In this document: positions 24,380 through 36,403 of the stretch, piece by piece | Layout: every line of letters begins with the position of its first letter | How positions within the stretch are numbered: the stretch's first letter is position 1 | Origin: Dendrobates tinctorius | Lineage: Eukaryota | Direction: 5' to 3' | Length of the DNA: 64,000 bases | Assembly: GCF_039654945.1 (NCBI RefSeq) | Contig: NW_027362106.1 | Span: forward strand, 310,001 to 374,000 | The notes under the pieces: model-generated | What the model saw: the letters and a program-made list of their open reading frames with translations, nothing else | Database searches by the model: none | Told to the model about the DNA's origin: nothing | Translations under genes and position numbers: made by a program

Positions 24380-25872
24380 CAAGTGAATACTGCTTTGAGC
24401 AGGGGGTTGGACCAGATGACACAGGACGTCCCCTCCAACTCTACCATTCTATGATTCTATACTACAATAGCAAGCCCAGACTTTGTCTCCAAAAGAAAAA
24501 TAGAACTACACTTACCGGTAGTTGGATTTCTAAGACCCTACACGACAGCACACAGAAGGTTGCCTCCCCATCCTTATTAGGGACAGGAAACAGGAGGTTA
24601 AACAGCCCTCCCCTTCCTCTATTCCCCAGTGTTTTCCAAGGACCACATGGAGTGAATGCTTGATATATTATTTATTCATACAAGTCAAATGAACAAAAAT
24701 TGTTAGGGGGGGGGAATTACCCGTGCTGTCGTGGAGGGTCTTAGAAACTCAACTACCGGTAAGTGTAGTTCTATGTTCTCTAATCCCCTCCACGACAGCA
24801 CACAGGAGGTATACCAAAGAATAATGGTTTAGGGAGGGACCACGGCTTGCTGAACTTTCCTGCCAAAGGCTAGATCTCGTACTGACATAAGATCTAATCT
24901 ATAATGCCTAGTGAAGGTATGGACTGAAGACCAGGTCGCAGCCTTGCAGATCTGCTCGATGGATGCATTTGCCTTTTCTGCCCAGGAAACGAAGACAGCG
25001 CTAGTGGATTGGGCCTTCAAGGATTCCAGAGGTAGATCGTGATTTTTATAAGCAGCCGTGATTGCTTTCTTGATCCAGTTAGCTAGGGAGCTTTTGTACG
25101 CTTTTTCCCCCCTTTGTTTGGTCCGCCATACTGAACAAAAAGATTCTGATGTTTCTTCCAGAGTTTTGTTTCTTCCAAATAGGCCAGGACTGCTCGCTGG
25201 ACATCCAGAGAATGGAATCCCACTTCTCTCATCCTTCGGGTTATCACAGAAGGAGGGCAGTATTATTTCTTGGGACCTGTAGAAATCCAAAGACACTTTT
25301 GGCACAAAGGAAGGGTCTAGCCGGAAGATTAATCTATCGTCCAGAATTCTTAGATAAGACTCTCTGATGGACAGAGCCTGAATTTCGCCCACCCTTCTTG
25401 CCGTTGTAAGGGATACGAGTAGTGCTGTTTTCCAGGATAGTTTATCTATCTGGGTCTGGTCGATAGGTTCAAATGGAGGGCTTGTTAGACCCTTTAGGCT
25501 AAGTGCAGATGTACTTTTTAGGCTGGTTTCACATTTGCGTTTTTTAGCGCTGGAAAAAAACGCTAACCTGCGCATGCGTTTTTTCCCCTATATTTAACAT
25601 GGGTGCGCATACCTGCGCGCTGCCATGCGCATGTATGCGATTTTCATGCGCTGCGTTTTTTTGGGGTATGCGTTGGTATTTTCCAGACGCAGCATGTTGC
25701 ATTTTTTGGCCCTGCAAAAAAGCGCATGCGCACATATGCGCACGTTTTGCGCTAAAAATGGCCATTATAGCCTATGGGTGCGCATATGTGCGCATTGGCA
25801 TGCTTATGTATGCGTTTTTTTGCACAAGCGTTGTTTTTTTTTAACCATGGAATTTAGGGGTTTGGGTTAGAG

Positions 25873-26003
25873 NNNNNNNNNNNNNNNNNNNNNNNNNNNN
25901 NNNNNNNNNNNNNNNNNNNNNNNNNNNNNNNNNNNNNNNNNNNNNNNNNNNNNNNNNNNNNNNNNNNNNNNNNNNNNNNNNNNNNNNNNNNNNNNNNNNN
26001 NNN
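25873..26003. other. Assembly gap (N run) within the telomere-like tract
   Basis: Run of n flanked by GGGTTAG repeats. Confidence 0.99.
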
Positions 26004-26021
26004 AAGGGTTAGGGTCAGGGT

Positions 26022-28432
26022 TATAGAATCATAGAATCATAGAATCGTAGAGTTGGAAGGGACCTCCTGGGCCATCTGGTCCAACCCCCTGCTCAAAGCA
26101 GGATTCGCTAAATCATCCCAGTCAGATGTCTGTCCAGCCTCTGTTTGAAGACTTCCATTGAAGGAGAACTCACCACTTCTCGTGGCAGCCTGTTCCACTC
26201 ATTGATCACTCTAACTGTCAAAAAGTTTTTTCTAATATCTAATCTGTGTCTCCTCCCATTCAGTTTCATCCCATTGCTTCTAGTCTTTCCTTGTGCAAAT
26301 GAGAATAAAGTTGATCCTTCTGCAATGTGACAGCCCTTTAGATATTTGTAGACAGCTATTAAGTCTCCTCTCAGTCTTCTCTTTTGCAAACTAAACATTC
26401 CCAAATCCTGCAACCTTTCCTCATAAGACAGGGTTTGCAGACCGGTCACCATTCTGGTCGCTCTTTTCTGAACTTGCTCCAGTTTGTTGATGTCTTTTTT
26501 AAAATGTGGTGCCCAAAACTGGACACAATATTCCAGATGAGGTCTGACCAAAGAGGAGTAGAGGGAAATAATGACTTCACGTGATCTAGACTGTATGCTT
26601 CTGTTAATACATCCTAGAATTGCATTTGCCTTTTTTGCTGCTGCATCACACTGTTGACTCATATTCAGTCTGTGATCTATTAGTATACCCAAGTCTTTTT
26701 CACATGTGCTGTCACTTAGCCCTATTCCTCCCATTCTATATATGCTTTTTCCATTTTTATTGCCCAGATGTAGTACTTTGCATTTCTCCCTGTTAAAAAC
26801 CATTCTGTTTGTTGCTGCCCACTTCTCCAGTTTATTTAAATCTTTTTGAATCCTCTCTCTCTCTTCTCTAGTATTAGCTATCCCTCCTAGCTTTGTGTCA
26901 TCTGCAAATTTAATCAGTTTACCCTCAATGCCTTCATCTAAATCGTTGATAAAGATGTTGAACAATACAGGGCCCAGGACAGAGCCCTGTGGTACCCCAC
27001 TTGAGACATTCTTCCAACTGGATGTGCAGCCATTTACGACCACTCTTTGGGTCCGATCTCTAAGCCAGTTATGAATCCACCTAACAGTTGCCTTGTCCAT
27101 TCCATACTTAATCATTTTTTCAATAAGGATTGTATGAGAGACTTTGTCAAATGCTTTGCTGAAGTCAAGATATACTATATCTACAGCATTTCCTTGATCC
27201 ACCCAATCAGTGATACCGTCATAGAAGGAAATTAAGTTAGTCTGACATGACTTATTAGTTACAAACCCATGCTGACTCTGTTTAATCACTTCATTCTTAT
27301 CCAGGTATTGACATACATGTTGTTTAATAATTTGTTCAAAGATCTTTCCTGGTATAGAAGTCAGACTCACCGGCCTATAGTTACCTGGGTCCACCTTCTT
27401 CCCCTTTTTGAAGATAGGAACAACATTTGCTCTTCTCCAGTCTTCTGGGACTTCTCCTGTTCTCCAAGAATTTTCAAAGATTATAGAGAGGGGTTCAAAA
27501 ATTTCTTCTGCTATCTCCTTCAGTACTCTGGGGTGTAATTCATCTGGACCTGGAGACTTGAATTCATTTAGGCTAGCTAAGTGTTTCCTCACTATCTTTC
27601 TGTTTATAGATATCCTGGATTCTTCTATTCCCTTAATAGGACAGTGAATAACAGTTGATGTTACATTTCCTTTCTGAGAGAAAACAGATGCAAAATAGGA
27701 ATTTAAAAGTTCAGCCTTCTCAACATCCTGTCTTACCATTTCATCATTTTCATCCTGTAAAAATCCTATAGCATCTTTGACTTTTCTTTTACTTTTGACA
27801 TATCCCCAAAATCCTTTATTATTGCTTTTGACATCTCTTGCAAGCCTCAATTCATTTTCAGCTTTAGCTAATCTGATTTGTGCCCTGCAGGTTCTGCAGA
27901 CAGCATTATATTCTTCTTTAGATATGCCTCCCTCTTTCCATTTTATAAACATTTTTTTCTTCCTTTTTAGCATGTGCTTAAGTTCTGTGTTCATCCATCC
28001 TGGTTTCCTTAACTGCTTCCTATTCTTCCCTCTTTTCGGAATTGTTAACAACTGTGCTTTGAGAATTTCATTTTTCAAGATTTCCCATCCTTCCTGGACA
28101 TTTTTGTCTTTAAGGATATCCAGCCATTGGATCCCTCCAATTCTCTTTCTGAATCCCTTAAAATCTGCCTTTCTGAAATCTAACCTTGACGTCTGAGTCT
28201 TCACAGGTCTTCCGCCTCTAGTTATCCAAAATTCTAAAATAGCATGGTCGCTACCTCCTAGGGTCCCAGCCACTTTTACCTCCTCAACCATTTCCTCCCT
28301 GTTTATAAGGATTAGATCCAAGGTAGCAGTTCCCCTTGTTTTCTCCCTTACCTTTTGGAAGATAAAGTTGTCAGCAAGAGAGGATAAGAATTTCCTTGAC
28401 CTGTTAGTTTTGCCTGAGAGAGATTCCCAAAA
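26022..28432 (-). mobile_element. Young, 5'-truncated CR1 LINE
   Basis: (GATTCTAT)n 3' tail at about 26022-26047; uninterrupted ORF2. Confidence 0.95.
26108..28321 (-). CDS. CR1 ORF2 (end of endonuclease plus reverse transcriptase), 5'-truncated
   Basis: 737 codons without a stop; [27 protein letters not shown] and KFADD motifs. Confidence 0.93.
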   Translation of the reverse strand: MDLILINREEMVEEVKVAGTLGGSDHAILEFWITRGGRPVKTQTSRLDFRKADFKGFRKRIGGIQWLDILKDKNVQEGWEILKNEILKAQLLTIPKRGKNRKQLRKPGWMNTELKHMLKRKKKMFIKWKEGGISKEEYNAVCRTCRAQIRLAKAENELRLARDVKSNNKGFWGYVKSKRKVKDAIGFLQDENDEMVRQDVEKAELLNSYFASVFSQKGNVTSTVIHCPIKGIEESRISINRKIVRKHLASLNEFKSPGPDELHPRVLKEIAEEIFEPLSIIFENSWRTGEVPEDWRRANVVPIFKKGKKVDPGNYRPVSLTSIPGKIFEQIIKQHVCQYLDKNEVIKQSQHGFVTNKSCQTNLISFYDGITDWVDQGNAVDIVYLDFSKAFDKVSHTILIEKMIKYGMDKATVRWIHNWLRDRTQRVVVNGCTSSWKNVSSGVPQGSVLGPVLFNIFINDLDEGIEGKLIKFADDTKLGGIANTREERERIQKDLNKLEKWAATNRMVFNREKCKVLHLGNKNGKSIYRMGGIGLSDSTCEKDLGILIDHRLNMSQQCDAAAKKANAILGCINRSIQSRSREVIISLYSSLVRPHLEYCVQFWAPHFKKDINKLEQVQKRATRMVTGLQTLSYEERLQDLGMFSLQKRRLRGDLIAVYKYLKGCHIAEGSTLFSFAQGKTRSNGMKLNGRRHRLDIRKNFLTVRVINEWNRLPREVVSSPSMEVFKQRLDRHLTGMI

Positions 28433-28439
28433 ATACTTA

Positions 28440-28658
28440 TGGTTAAGTATGGTTTGGTCAAGGGTTAGGGTCAGGGTTAGGGTCAGGGTTAGGGTTAGTT
28501 AGGGTTAGGGTCAGGGTTAGGGTTAGTTAGGGTTAGTTAGGGTTTAGGGTTTGGGTTAGGGTTAAGTATGGTTTGGTTAAGGGTTAGGGTCAGGGTTAGT
28601 TAGGGTTAGTTAGGGTTAGGGTCAGGGTTAGGGTTAGTAAAGTCTTGGTTTGGGTTAG
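28440..28658 (+). repeat. Telomere-like (TTAGGG/TCAGGG/TTAG)n tract
   Basis: Read directly; continues the tract at 25855-26021. Confidence 0.92.
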
Positions 28659-31600
28659 TGTGAGGGGCCACCTAATGTTGGAAAAAAACGCAAACGCGGT
28701 AAAAACGCACTAAAAACGCTTACAAACGCATAAAAACGCTGCGTTTTTTTCATGCATGCTCATAAAAATGCTTGAAAAAAACGCAGCAGTTGTATGCTTT
28801 TGTATGCGTTTTTTTAATGCGTTTTTTTGCGGGAAAAACGCGCTGCAAAAAAAAGCAAGTGTGAAACTAGCCTTAGCCCTGCGGATTTTTCCGCGCAGAG
28901 CTGAAGAAATCCGCAGGTCAAATGACCTGCATTTTTCCTGCGGATTTCTTCCAGTTTTCTTGCGGTTTTTGTGCAGTTTTCCCCTGCGGATTTGGAGAAT
29001 GGAGCAGGTGGAAAACCGCACAAAAGAAGTGACATGCTGCATATTTTGAACCACAAGAAAACCGTGCGGAAAAATCAGCAGCGTCTGCACAGCGGTTTTT
29101 TTTTCTATTGACTAACATGCTACTGTACATCAGAATGCGGATATGCAATGTTTCTGTGCGGTAAAATCTGCTGCGGATCCGCTGGATATCTGCATTGTGT
29201 GCACATGGCCTTAGTACTATATTCGAGTCCCAATCTGGGACCATGCTGGATTTGTTTGGACGGATTCTGGAAGCTGCTGACAAATCTCCTGATCCATCGA
29301 TGCTCTGCTAGGTTTTGGTCGAAGTAAGAACTCAGGACTGATACTTGGACCCTCAAGGTACTTGGTTTTAGTCCCTTGGATAAGCCATCTTCTAGGAAAT
29401 CTAGGATCTTTGCTAAGTCTGGGTGGAAGGGATCAATGGCAGTGGATCCATACCATGCCGAGAAAGTCTTCCATATTTTGGAGTATATGGCGTTTGTGAT
29501 TGGTTTCCTACTCTTTTGTAAAGTGGATATCACTGCATCTGAGAGTCCTCTGGCTTTCAGGATTGTGGTTTCAGAAGCCAGGATGCCAAGCTTAAGCTGT
29601 GGGAGCCGGGTGAAGGATGGGACCTTGATGTAGAAAGTCGCGGTCCAAAGGTAGGATCAGAGGACCCCCTGAGTTCATTAGTCTTAGGGCTCCGAATCAG
29701 CTCTTTTGGCCAGAGAGAGGCGATCAGGATAGTTTTGACCCCGTCTGTCCTGACCTTTTGCAGAGTTCTTGGTATTAGGGGAATTGGTGGAAAGACGTAT
29801 GCCTGTCTGAAGTTCCACGGGTGAGCGAAGGCATCCGCCCTTGAATGTTTTTCGTTTGGACCTATGGAGAAGTACTGCTTTGTTTTGGCGTTCTCCCGGT
29901 TCGCAAATAGGTCTACCTCTGGGAGACCCCATTTTTTTGTTATGTGTGGAATACTCTCATATTGAGGCTCCATCCTCCCGGATCTATGTCTATCCTGCTT
30001 AGGAAGTCTGCCTCGACGTTGTCGGATCCTTTCAGGTGGAGAGCTGATAGGGACTGGAGATGGCGTTCTGCCCAGCCAAATATCCGTGTCGAAACGTTTT
30101 GCAGGCTACCGTATTTTGTGTTGCCCTAATGACGTAGATGAGCCATGGTGGTCATATTGTCGGAGTAAATCAGGACATGGGTTCCCTGGATTGAGGCTTC
30201 CGCTGCCTTTAGGGCTTCTTATACCGCTCTCAGTTCTCTGTAATTGGATGATTGTTTTTCCATGTCTTTGGGCCAGAGTCCCTGGAAGACTCCCTGCAAT
30301 GATATTGCTGGCATCTTTGCTGGCATCTGTTGTGATTGACATCATGGGATATTGTATCCAGGGTGTCCCTTTTGCTAGATTTCCCTGGTTGAGCCACCAG
30401 TTGAGACAGCTTTACGTGTTGGGGTAGGGAAATTCTCGTATTGAGGGTCTCTGGGTCTTTGTTCCAGTGGGATAGGATATATCTCTGAAGTATCCTTGAG
30501 TGGGCCTGGGCCCAGGGGACCGCCTGGATGCAAGAAGTCATTGACCCTAATGTTGACATGGCAAACCTTATAGTCACCGGTTTTTGACTTTTTAAGAGTC
30601 CGAACTTTTGATCTTACGCCTACCTGCTTGGTTGGCGGAAGAAAGGATATTTGGTTCTGGGAATCTAGGAGGATCCCTAAAAAAAACCTTCCTGGTTGAG
30701 GGATTCAGGTCTGATTTTTCCAATTTACCATCCAGCCTAGGGATGCCAGGGTCCGCAGGACTGATTGCAGGTGCTCTCTTAGAGTGGTGTTGGAAGGAGA
30801 CATAACCAGAAGGTCGTCTAGGTAAGGGACGACACATATGTCCTTTCCTCTGACGAATGCTACCACTTCTACCATTATTTTTTAAATGTTCGGGGTGCCG
30901 ATGATATGCCGAAGGGCAGAACCTTGAACTGGAAGTGGTGTATTTCTTCATCTAGAGTGACTGCAAACATTATATATCGCCAATGAGACGGATGGATGGG
31001 TACGTGGTAATACACCTCTTGGAGCTCTATGGTGGCCATGGGAAAATCTTTTCCGATCACTGGTATTGTGGTCTTTATCAATTCCATCTTGAAGCGTTGG
31101 TAACGGACATGTTGGTTCAGTTTCTTTAGGTTGATGATGACCCGGTATTTCCCACTTGGCTTTTTCACTAAGAACAGCCGAGAGTAGTGGCCTTGACCCT
31201 GCTCCGGTTCTGGAACTGGTTAGATTACCGCCGATGATAGCATCTTTTGGAGTTCCGAATGCAGAGCTTTTTTTGAAGTCTTGCTGAAGGAAGGCGTGAT
31301 ACTTCCAGGTTTTGAGGGGGGCTGGAGGAAAATTCTATTTTTACGCCCCATCTGACAGAGTCTAGGATTCTTCGATCTGTGGTTATCTTCTGCCAGTTCG
31401 GGAAGTAGTTTGCGATTCTGCCCCCTACCTGCTTGGCGTCATTTCCTGTCTGTCTGAGCGAGAGTCGTGAAAAATATTCCTGCCTTTTCGGTAGCTCCAT
31501 CGCCCTGTTTTCCCTTTCCCACTGTATTGAGGGGTTTGAGCCTGGGGTGGGCTAAAGGGCATTTTCTTGGGTGGTTTCAGCTCGGGAAGATTTTTCTTCT

Positions 31601-33329
31601 TGTCGGTCACCTTTTCTAGTAGTTCATCCAGAGCTGGACCAAATACATATTCGCCCTTGAATGGAATAGAGCACAATTTTGATTTTGAATATCTCCACTC
31701 CACATTTTCAGCCATAAGGCCCTTCGGGTGGTGTTGAAAAGTACTGATGTTCTTCCCGCAATACGGACAGATTCTGCCGAGGAGTCCGCTAAAAAGCCTG
31801 CTGCCTTCTGTAGAAGCGGTAGAGAGGATAGAAGATCTTCCCTCGGAGTTCCACTTTTGATATGTTCCTCTAACTGCTGAAGCCAGAGGTACAGGGTTCT
31901 AGTTACACAGGCCGATGCAACATTTGTTTTTAAGGAAGCAGCTGATGCTTACCAGGACTTCCTCAGTAGACAATCCATCTCCTGGTCAAGCGGGTCCTTG
32001 AGCTGAGAGGAGTCCTCGAAGGGTAGCGTAGTTTTTTTTAGCTACTCTAGCTACGTGGATATCTACTTTCGGAACCTCAGTCCAAGGCTTCGCGGCTTCT
32101 TCATCCAGGGGAAACCGATCTTTCATTTCGCCCGGGATACTTTGCTTCTTTTCCAGGAATTCCCTTTCTTCCAAGATTAGATTCTGGACATTATCATGGA
32201 TAGGGAAAACCATTTTCTTCCTAGACTTCAGGCTGCCAAATAGATCATCCTGCACTGAGCGAAATGTCTATATTCTTCTACTCCCATTGTGTTCCTGACA
32301 GCCGAGAGTAGTTCTTCCATATCATCTGAGGAAAAGAACCATTTCCTATCATCTTCTGTCTGGGTTGGGGTTAATTCACCCTATTCCCTCCAATCCGCTG
32401 ACTCGGGTTCAGAATCTGAGATGTCCTCAGGGGCATATTTCCTCTTCCTTGAGGGCCCCCCCTGAATGACTGGGAAAAGGTAGCCAGGGACGACTGGATC
32501 TCCTGTCGCACCATCCCCCTTGCTTCATCCATCAGGAATGGTTGTTCCTCCCAGATGATTTTTCCCCGTTCATTGCTGGCACAAGGTTTTTTGTAATTGG
32601 AGGGGAGATTTTTCCTACAGATGGAGCATTTGCGGCTTGTAGACTTTTCTTCCGCTTTTGGTGCAGGATCCTTGTCTCCTTGAAAGAGAGAAAGGGAGGG
32701 GGGCCCCTAAGAATAGGTCCTGAACCAAAAAAGGGGTATACCCTTTTCCAAGTGTACTCACTGGGCTAGGGTTTGCGCTGGGCTCTGCAGAAGCAGCTTT
32801 CAGGGAAGACGCATCCATCATGCAGACGTTAGTCCTACCTTATGTAGTCTTCCATCGGGGTCCTTAAATAGGAACCGAGATCCAGCGTTTCTTTACCTCA
32901 TCCAATCGGATGAGATCACTCCCCCTCAGTTCCTGGCGTCATCCTGTTTTTTTTTTCCCCCGAATTTCAAATCTCCCGCCAAGATGGCGGTGCGTTCCAC
33001 TGTGGAACGCAAGGCGGAAGTGACGTCTCGCCTTCAGACCTGGCGGTGAACGTCACTTCCGGTGCATGCTGCGCGATTAGAAGCGAGCATGCGGCGCGCG
33101 GGGGGGAGCGGATCCTGGGCTGGGGAGCTTTGGGAGGCCCCCAGCCCGGTTACTACCATCCAGCATTGCCGAGGCGCCGGAGGACGGTGCGGGTCCCGCC
33201 AGAGGCAGGAGTAGCGTCCGGGAAGGAAGCTCCGGGACAATCGACCCCAGCTGCCCAGCTTCCAGGTAGGACTCCGGGATTTTCCGGCCCCATCCACGGA
33301 GCACAGAACCTCTTCATCCGAACTAGGGA

Positions 33330-34172
33330 TTTAAAAACCACCAGCCATAAGACCATTTCAACCAGAAAGTACCAGACAGGATATAAATAGTCAATAATCT
33401 TTATTGTATTGGTGGTTTCATATAAAAAACAATTAAAAACAATGTACACGTTTGGGGACAGTTTTTACACACATTTGTAAAAATATAAAATTGGACCCAA
33501 TTAATATGCATTCCTCATATATTAAAGGGTGAAAAAAACTTTGCATAAAAATTATTTAATAAGCAAAAAAGTGCATGTGCATGAATAAAAATATATTAAT
33601 TGAATCAAATGGTAAGTACTGCCATATAAAGTGCAGCGTGCATTGTGGCTCTTTTTTTCATATGATATGTTAGCACATGGTTGTTTCTTTGCACAATGCA
33701 CTTTATATGTCAGTGATTTATTTACTTATCATTTGTTTCAATTGATATATTTTTATTCATGCACATGCACTTTTGCTTATTAAATAATTTTTATGCAAAT
33801 TTTTTTTCACCCTTTAATATATGAGGAATGCATATTAATATAATTGGGTCCAATTTTATATTTCTACAAATGTGTGTAAAAACTGTCCCCAAACGTGCAC
33901 ATTGTTTTTAATTGATTTTTATATGAAACCACCAATGCAATAAAGATTATTGATTATCTATATCCTGTCTGGTACTTTCTGGTTGATAGGTCTTATGGTT
34001 GGTTGTTTTTAAATTTATATCAGTGGTTCAATCACTATCTTCACTAGACACTGGTGGTAGCTTACATTATTATAACTTATTTAATCGGTCATCACTATAT
34101 ATAAAGCAATATATATAGAATCATATATATACACTATATATAATACCACATCTGGTACTAGTGTTTTTTTCT
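33330..34172. mobile_element. AT-rich insertion with a long inverted repeat, possibly Penelope-like
   Basis: Arms at about 33329-33642 and 33690-34014; imperfect flanking duplication ATCCGAACTAGGGA / ATCCCGACTAGGGA. Confidence 0.6.
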
Positions 34173-35194
34173 ATCCCGACTAGGGACAGGAAAACACTGG
34201 GGATTAGAGGAAGGGGAGGGCTATTTAACCTCTTGTTTCCTGTCCCTAATTAGGGTGGGGAGGCAACTTCCTGTGTGCTGTCGTGGAGGGGATTAGAGAA
34301 ATTATGAATATTGGCGTTTGTTTGTCCCATCACTATAAGATTTATACAATTTCAGCTACAGGGTGAATAGGGGAAGAATATGCATATTTCTTCACAACTG
34401 TGACACCTGCCTATAAGCCACAAATCAAAAGCGGCCAGATAACTGACACCAGCCATGTCACATTCGATCTCTGGGCAACTATAAAATCACAATACAAAAT
34501 ATGCCGGCAATCTGGAACATCTTTGAGAGAAGTTATCGCATAAGTTGAGAATTTCATAAAATCCTGGAGGGGTCAAGAACAACCCACGGCCCTGATCATG
34601 TGAGGTCATCAAGCGGGGGTTGGTTGGTGTAACTCAGGTACTGATAAAAGATCAAGCCAAATTATGATCTTGGTTCTTGAAAAGAGATACACATCATGTA
34701 TGCATGAATCCCATTCATTGAACGTCCCCAAACGAAGTGTTCTCATTCGGCTAAGTTGACTCATCTCTGTAAATCAGCATAAGTTTCTTCAGATATTCAT
34801 TTTTATTTTATGTGCTGTATATGCTGTATCGTTTTGTCACCTTTGTAAAATATTTTGTATATTTTTTTTTATAAACACTGTCTCGCTTTGGATTAAATGC
34901 AAAACTTTAATAGTTATGTTCATTTTGTTCTGTAAGTCACGCCCTGAAGTCAAACGCTACCAAAACCAGGCATCCAGTCAGCCTGTATAAACGACTAGTA
35001 AAGCAGCAGGTAGTCTGCGGATATCGTGGAGTTCTCAGTGACTGTATTGGGGGTATAAACATATATTCCATTCACTGGAATTGGAGGGACACATACCATA
35101 CGCTCACTGTTAGCTTCCTGACACCACTCCAGTGTCCCCTACTTGGCATAAGCCTCATCTCTCCTCTCCATCTGAAGGACCATCTGGTGTGTAA

Positions 35195-36020
35195 GGCTAT
35201 GTGCCCACGTTGCAGAAATGCTGCGGAAATGTCCGCAGCATTTCCGCAACTCCCTGCCGCAGGGAAAACACATGCGGAATTCGAATGCGTTGTCCCACAA
35301 AATACAAGCGTTTTGCAAGCGTTTTTAGCTTGCAGAATGCTTGCGCTTTCCAAGCAATTTGAAGCATCGCTTGGAAAGTGATTGACAGGCTGGTCACACT
35401 TGTCAAGCATAGCGTATCAGTATGCAGAATCAGTAGTAAAAAGATAGGATGTTAAAAATAATTGAAAAAAAAAAAAGAATAAAACAAATAGTCATATACT
35501 CCCCTTCTGGCAGCCCCTGGAATCGTCCCCCCGGAACCCTCCTCTCCTCCAGACCCTGGGTACCATTCGCACATGAAGAACTTACTTCATGCATGGTGGG
35601 CATAGCCACATGCGTAAAGTGAGCACTTCAATGCAATCCTATGTCGGCAGAATCGCCGCGATTCCGCAGAAATAATCAATATGCTGTGAATTTTACCGCT
35701 ATGGCCTGTTTCACACTTCCGTTTTTTCAAATTCGTCAAAATCCGTTGTTTTCTGTTAAAAAACGGATCCGCCATTTTTTGCAGGATCCGTTTTTTTTGG
35801 TCCCATAGACTTCCATTACGGTTACCGCGGATCCGTCAAAAAAACGGAAACGGATCCGTTTGGCGGACACAAAAACGGAAGTGTGAAACAGGCCTATGCG
35901 ATTCCGCAGCGGCACAGCAACTGTGGAATCCCATAGGATTCCATGGGGATGCATTTTATTAGCGTTTAAGAGTTTCTGCTGCAGCGAAATGCATAGAAAA
36001 CGTAACGTGGGCACACAGCC
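35195..36020. mobile_element. Harbinger-type MITE
   Basis: TIRs GGCTATGTGCCCACGTT / AACGTGGGCACACAGCC; TAA TSD. Confidence 0.88.
35703..35894. mobile_element. Nested small Harbinger-type MITE
   Basis: Perfect TIR GGCCTGTTTCACACTTCCGTTTTT; TAT TSD. Confidence 0.88.
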
Positions 36021-36403
36021 TAACCCTCATCTCTCCTCTCCATCTGACGGACGATCTGGAGTGTAACCCTCATCTCTCCATTCCATCTGACGATCTGGTG
36101 TGTAACCCTCATCTCTCTTCTGACAGGTGATCTGGTGTTTAGGCCCGATCTGTCGCCTTCATCTGACGGCAGGGCCTGGTGTGTAACCCTCATCTCTCCT
36201 CTCCATCCGACGGACGATCTGGTGTTTAGGCCCGATCTGTCGCCTTCATCTGACGGCAGGGCCTGGTGTGTAACCCTCATCTCTCCTCTCCATCCGACAG
36301 ACGATCTGGTGTTTAGGCCCGATCTCTCGCCTTCATCTGACGGCAGGGCCTGGTGTGTAACCCTCATCTCTCCTCTCCATCTGACGGACGATCTGGTGTG
36401 TAA
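36021..36403. repeat. Minisatellite with an 86-bp higher-order unit
   Basis: Three near-identical 86-bp units at 36131-36390. Confidence 0.92.

Larger units (their letters stand above)
22520..24460 (+). mobile_element. CR1 3' end, interrupted
   Basis: RLDIRKNFLTVRVINE; ATTCTATG-type tail at 24446-24460; host resumes after the MITE at 24383. Confidence 0.85.
25521..28872. mobile_element. Harbinger-type MITE (inner) carrying a TTAGGG-like array and a CR1
   Basis: TIRs GGCTGGTTTCACATTTGC / GCAAGTGTGAAACTAGCC; TTA TSD on both sides. Confidence 0.85.
25497..29210. mobile_element. Harbinger-type MITE (outer) in the DIRS C recombinase
   Basis: TTA TSD (25494-25496, 29211-29213); removal rejoins NIVLKGLTSPPFEP. 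Confidence 0.8.
24495..34301 (-). mobile_element. Full-length, degenerate DIRS1-type retrotransposon C with nested insertions
   Basis: ITRs at about 24520-24635 and 34190-34301; ICR at about 24720-24810; gag, RT (KKPSGKYRVIINLK, FKVLPFG), methyltransferase-like region and recombinase (TTARRVGEIQAL..AATWSSVHTFTRHYRL). Confidence 0.93.

Noticed and set aside
25855-28658. True telomere or chromosome fusion site
   Set aside because: The tracts are short, degenerate, single-orientation and enclosed by MITE TIRs inside an intron.
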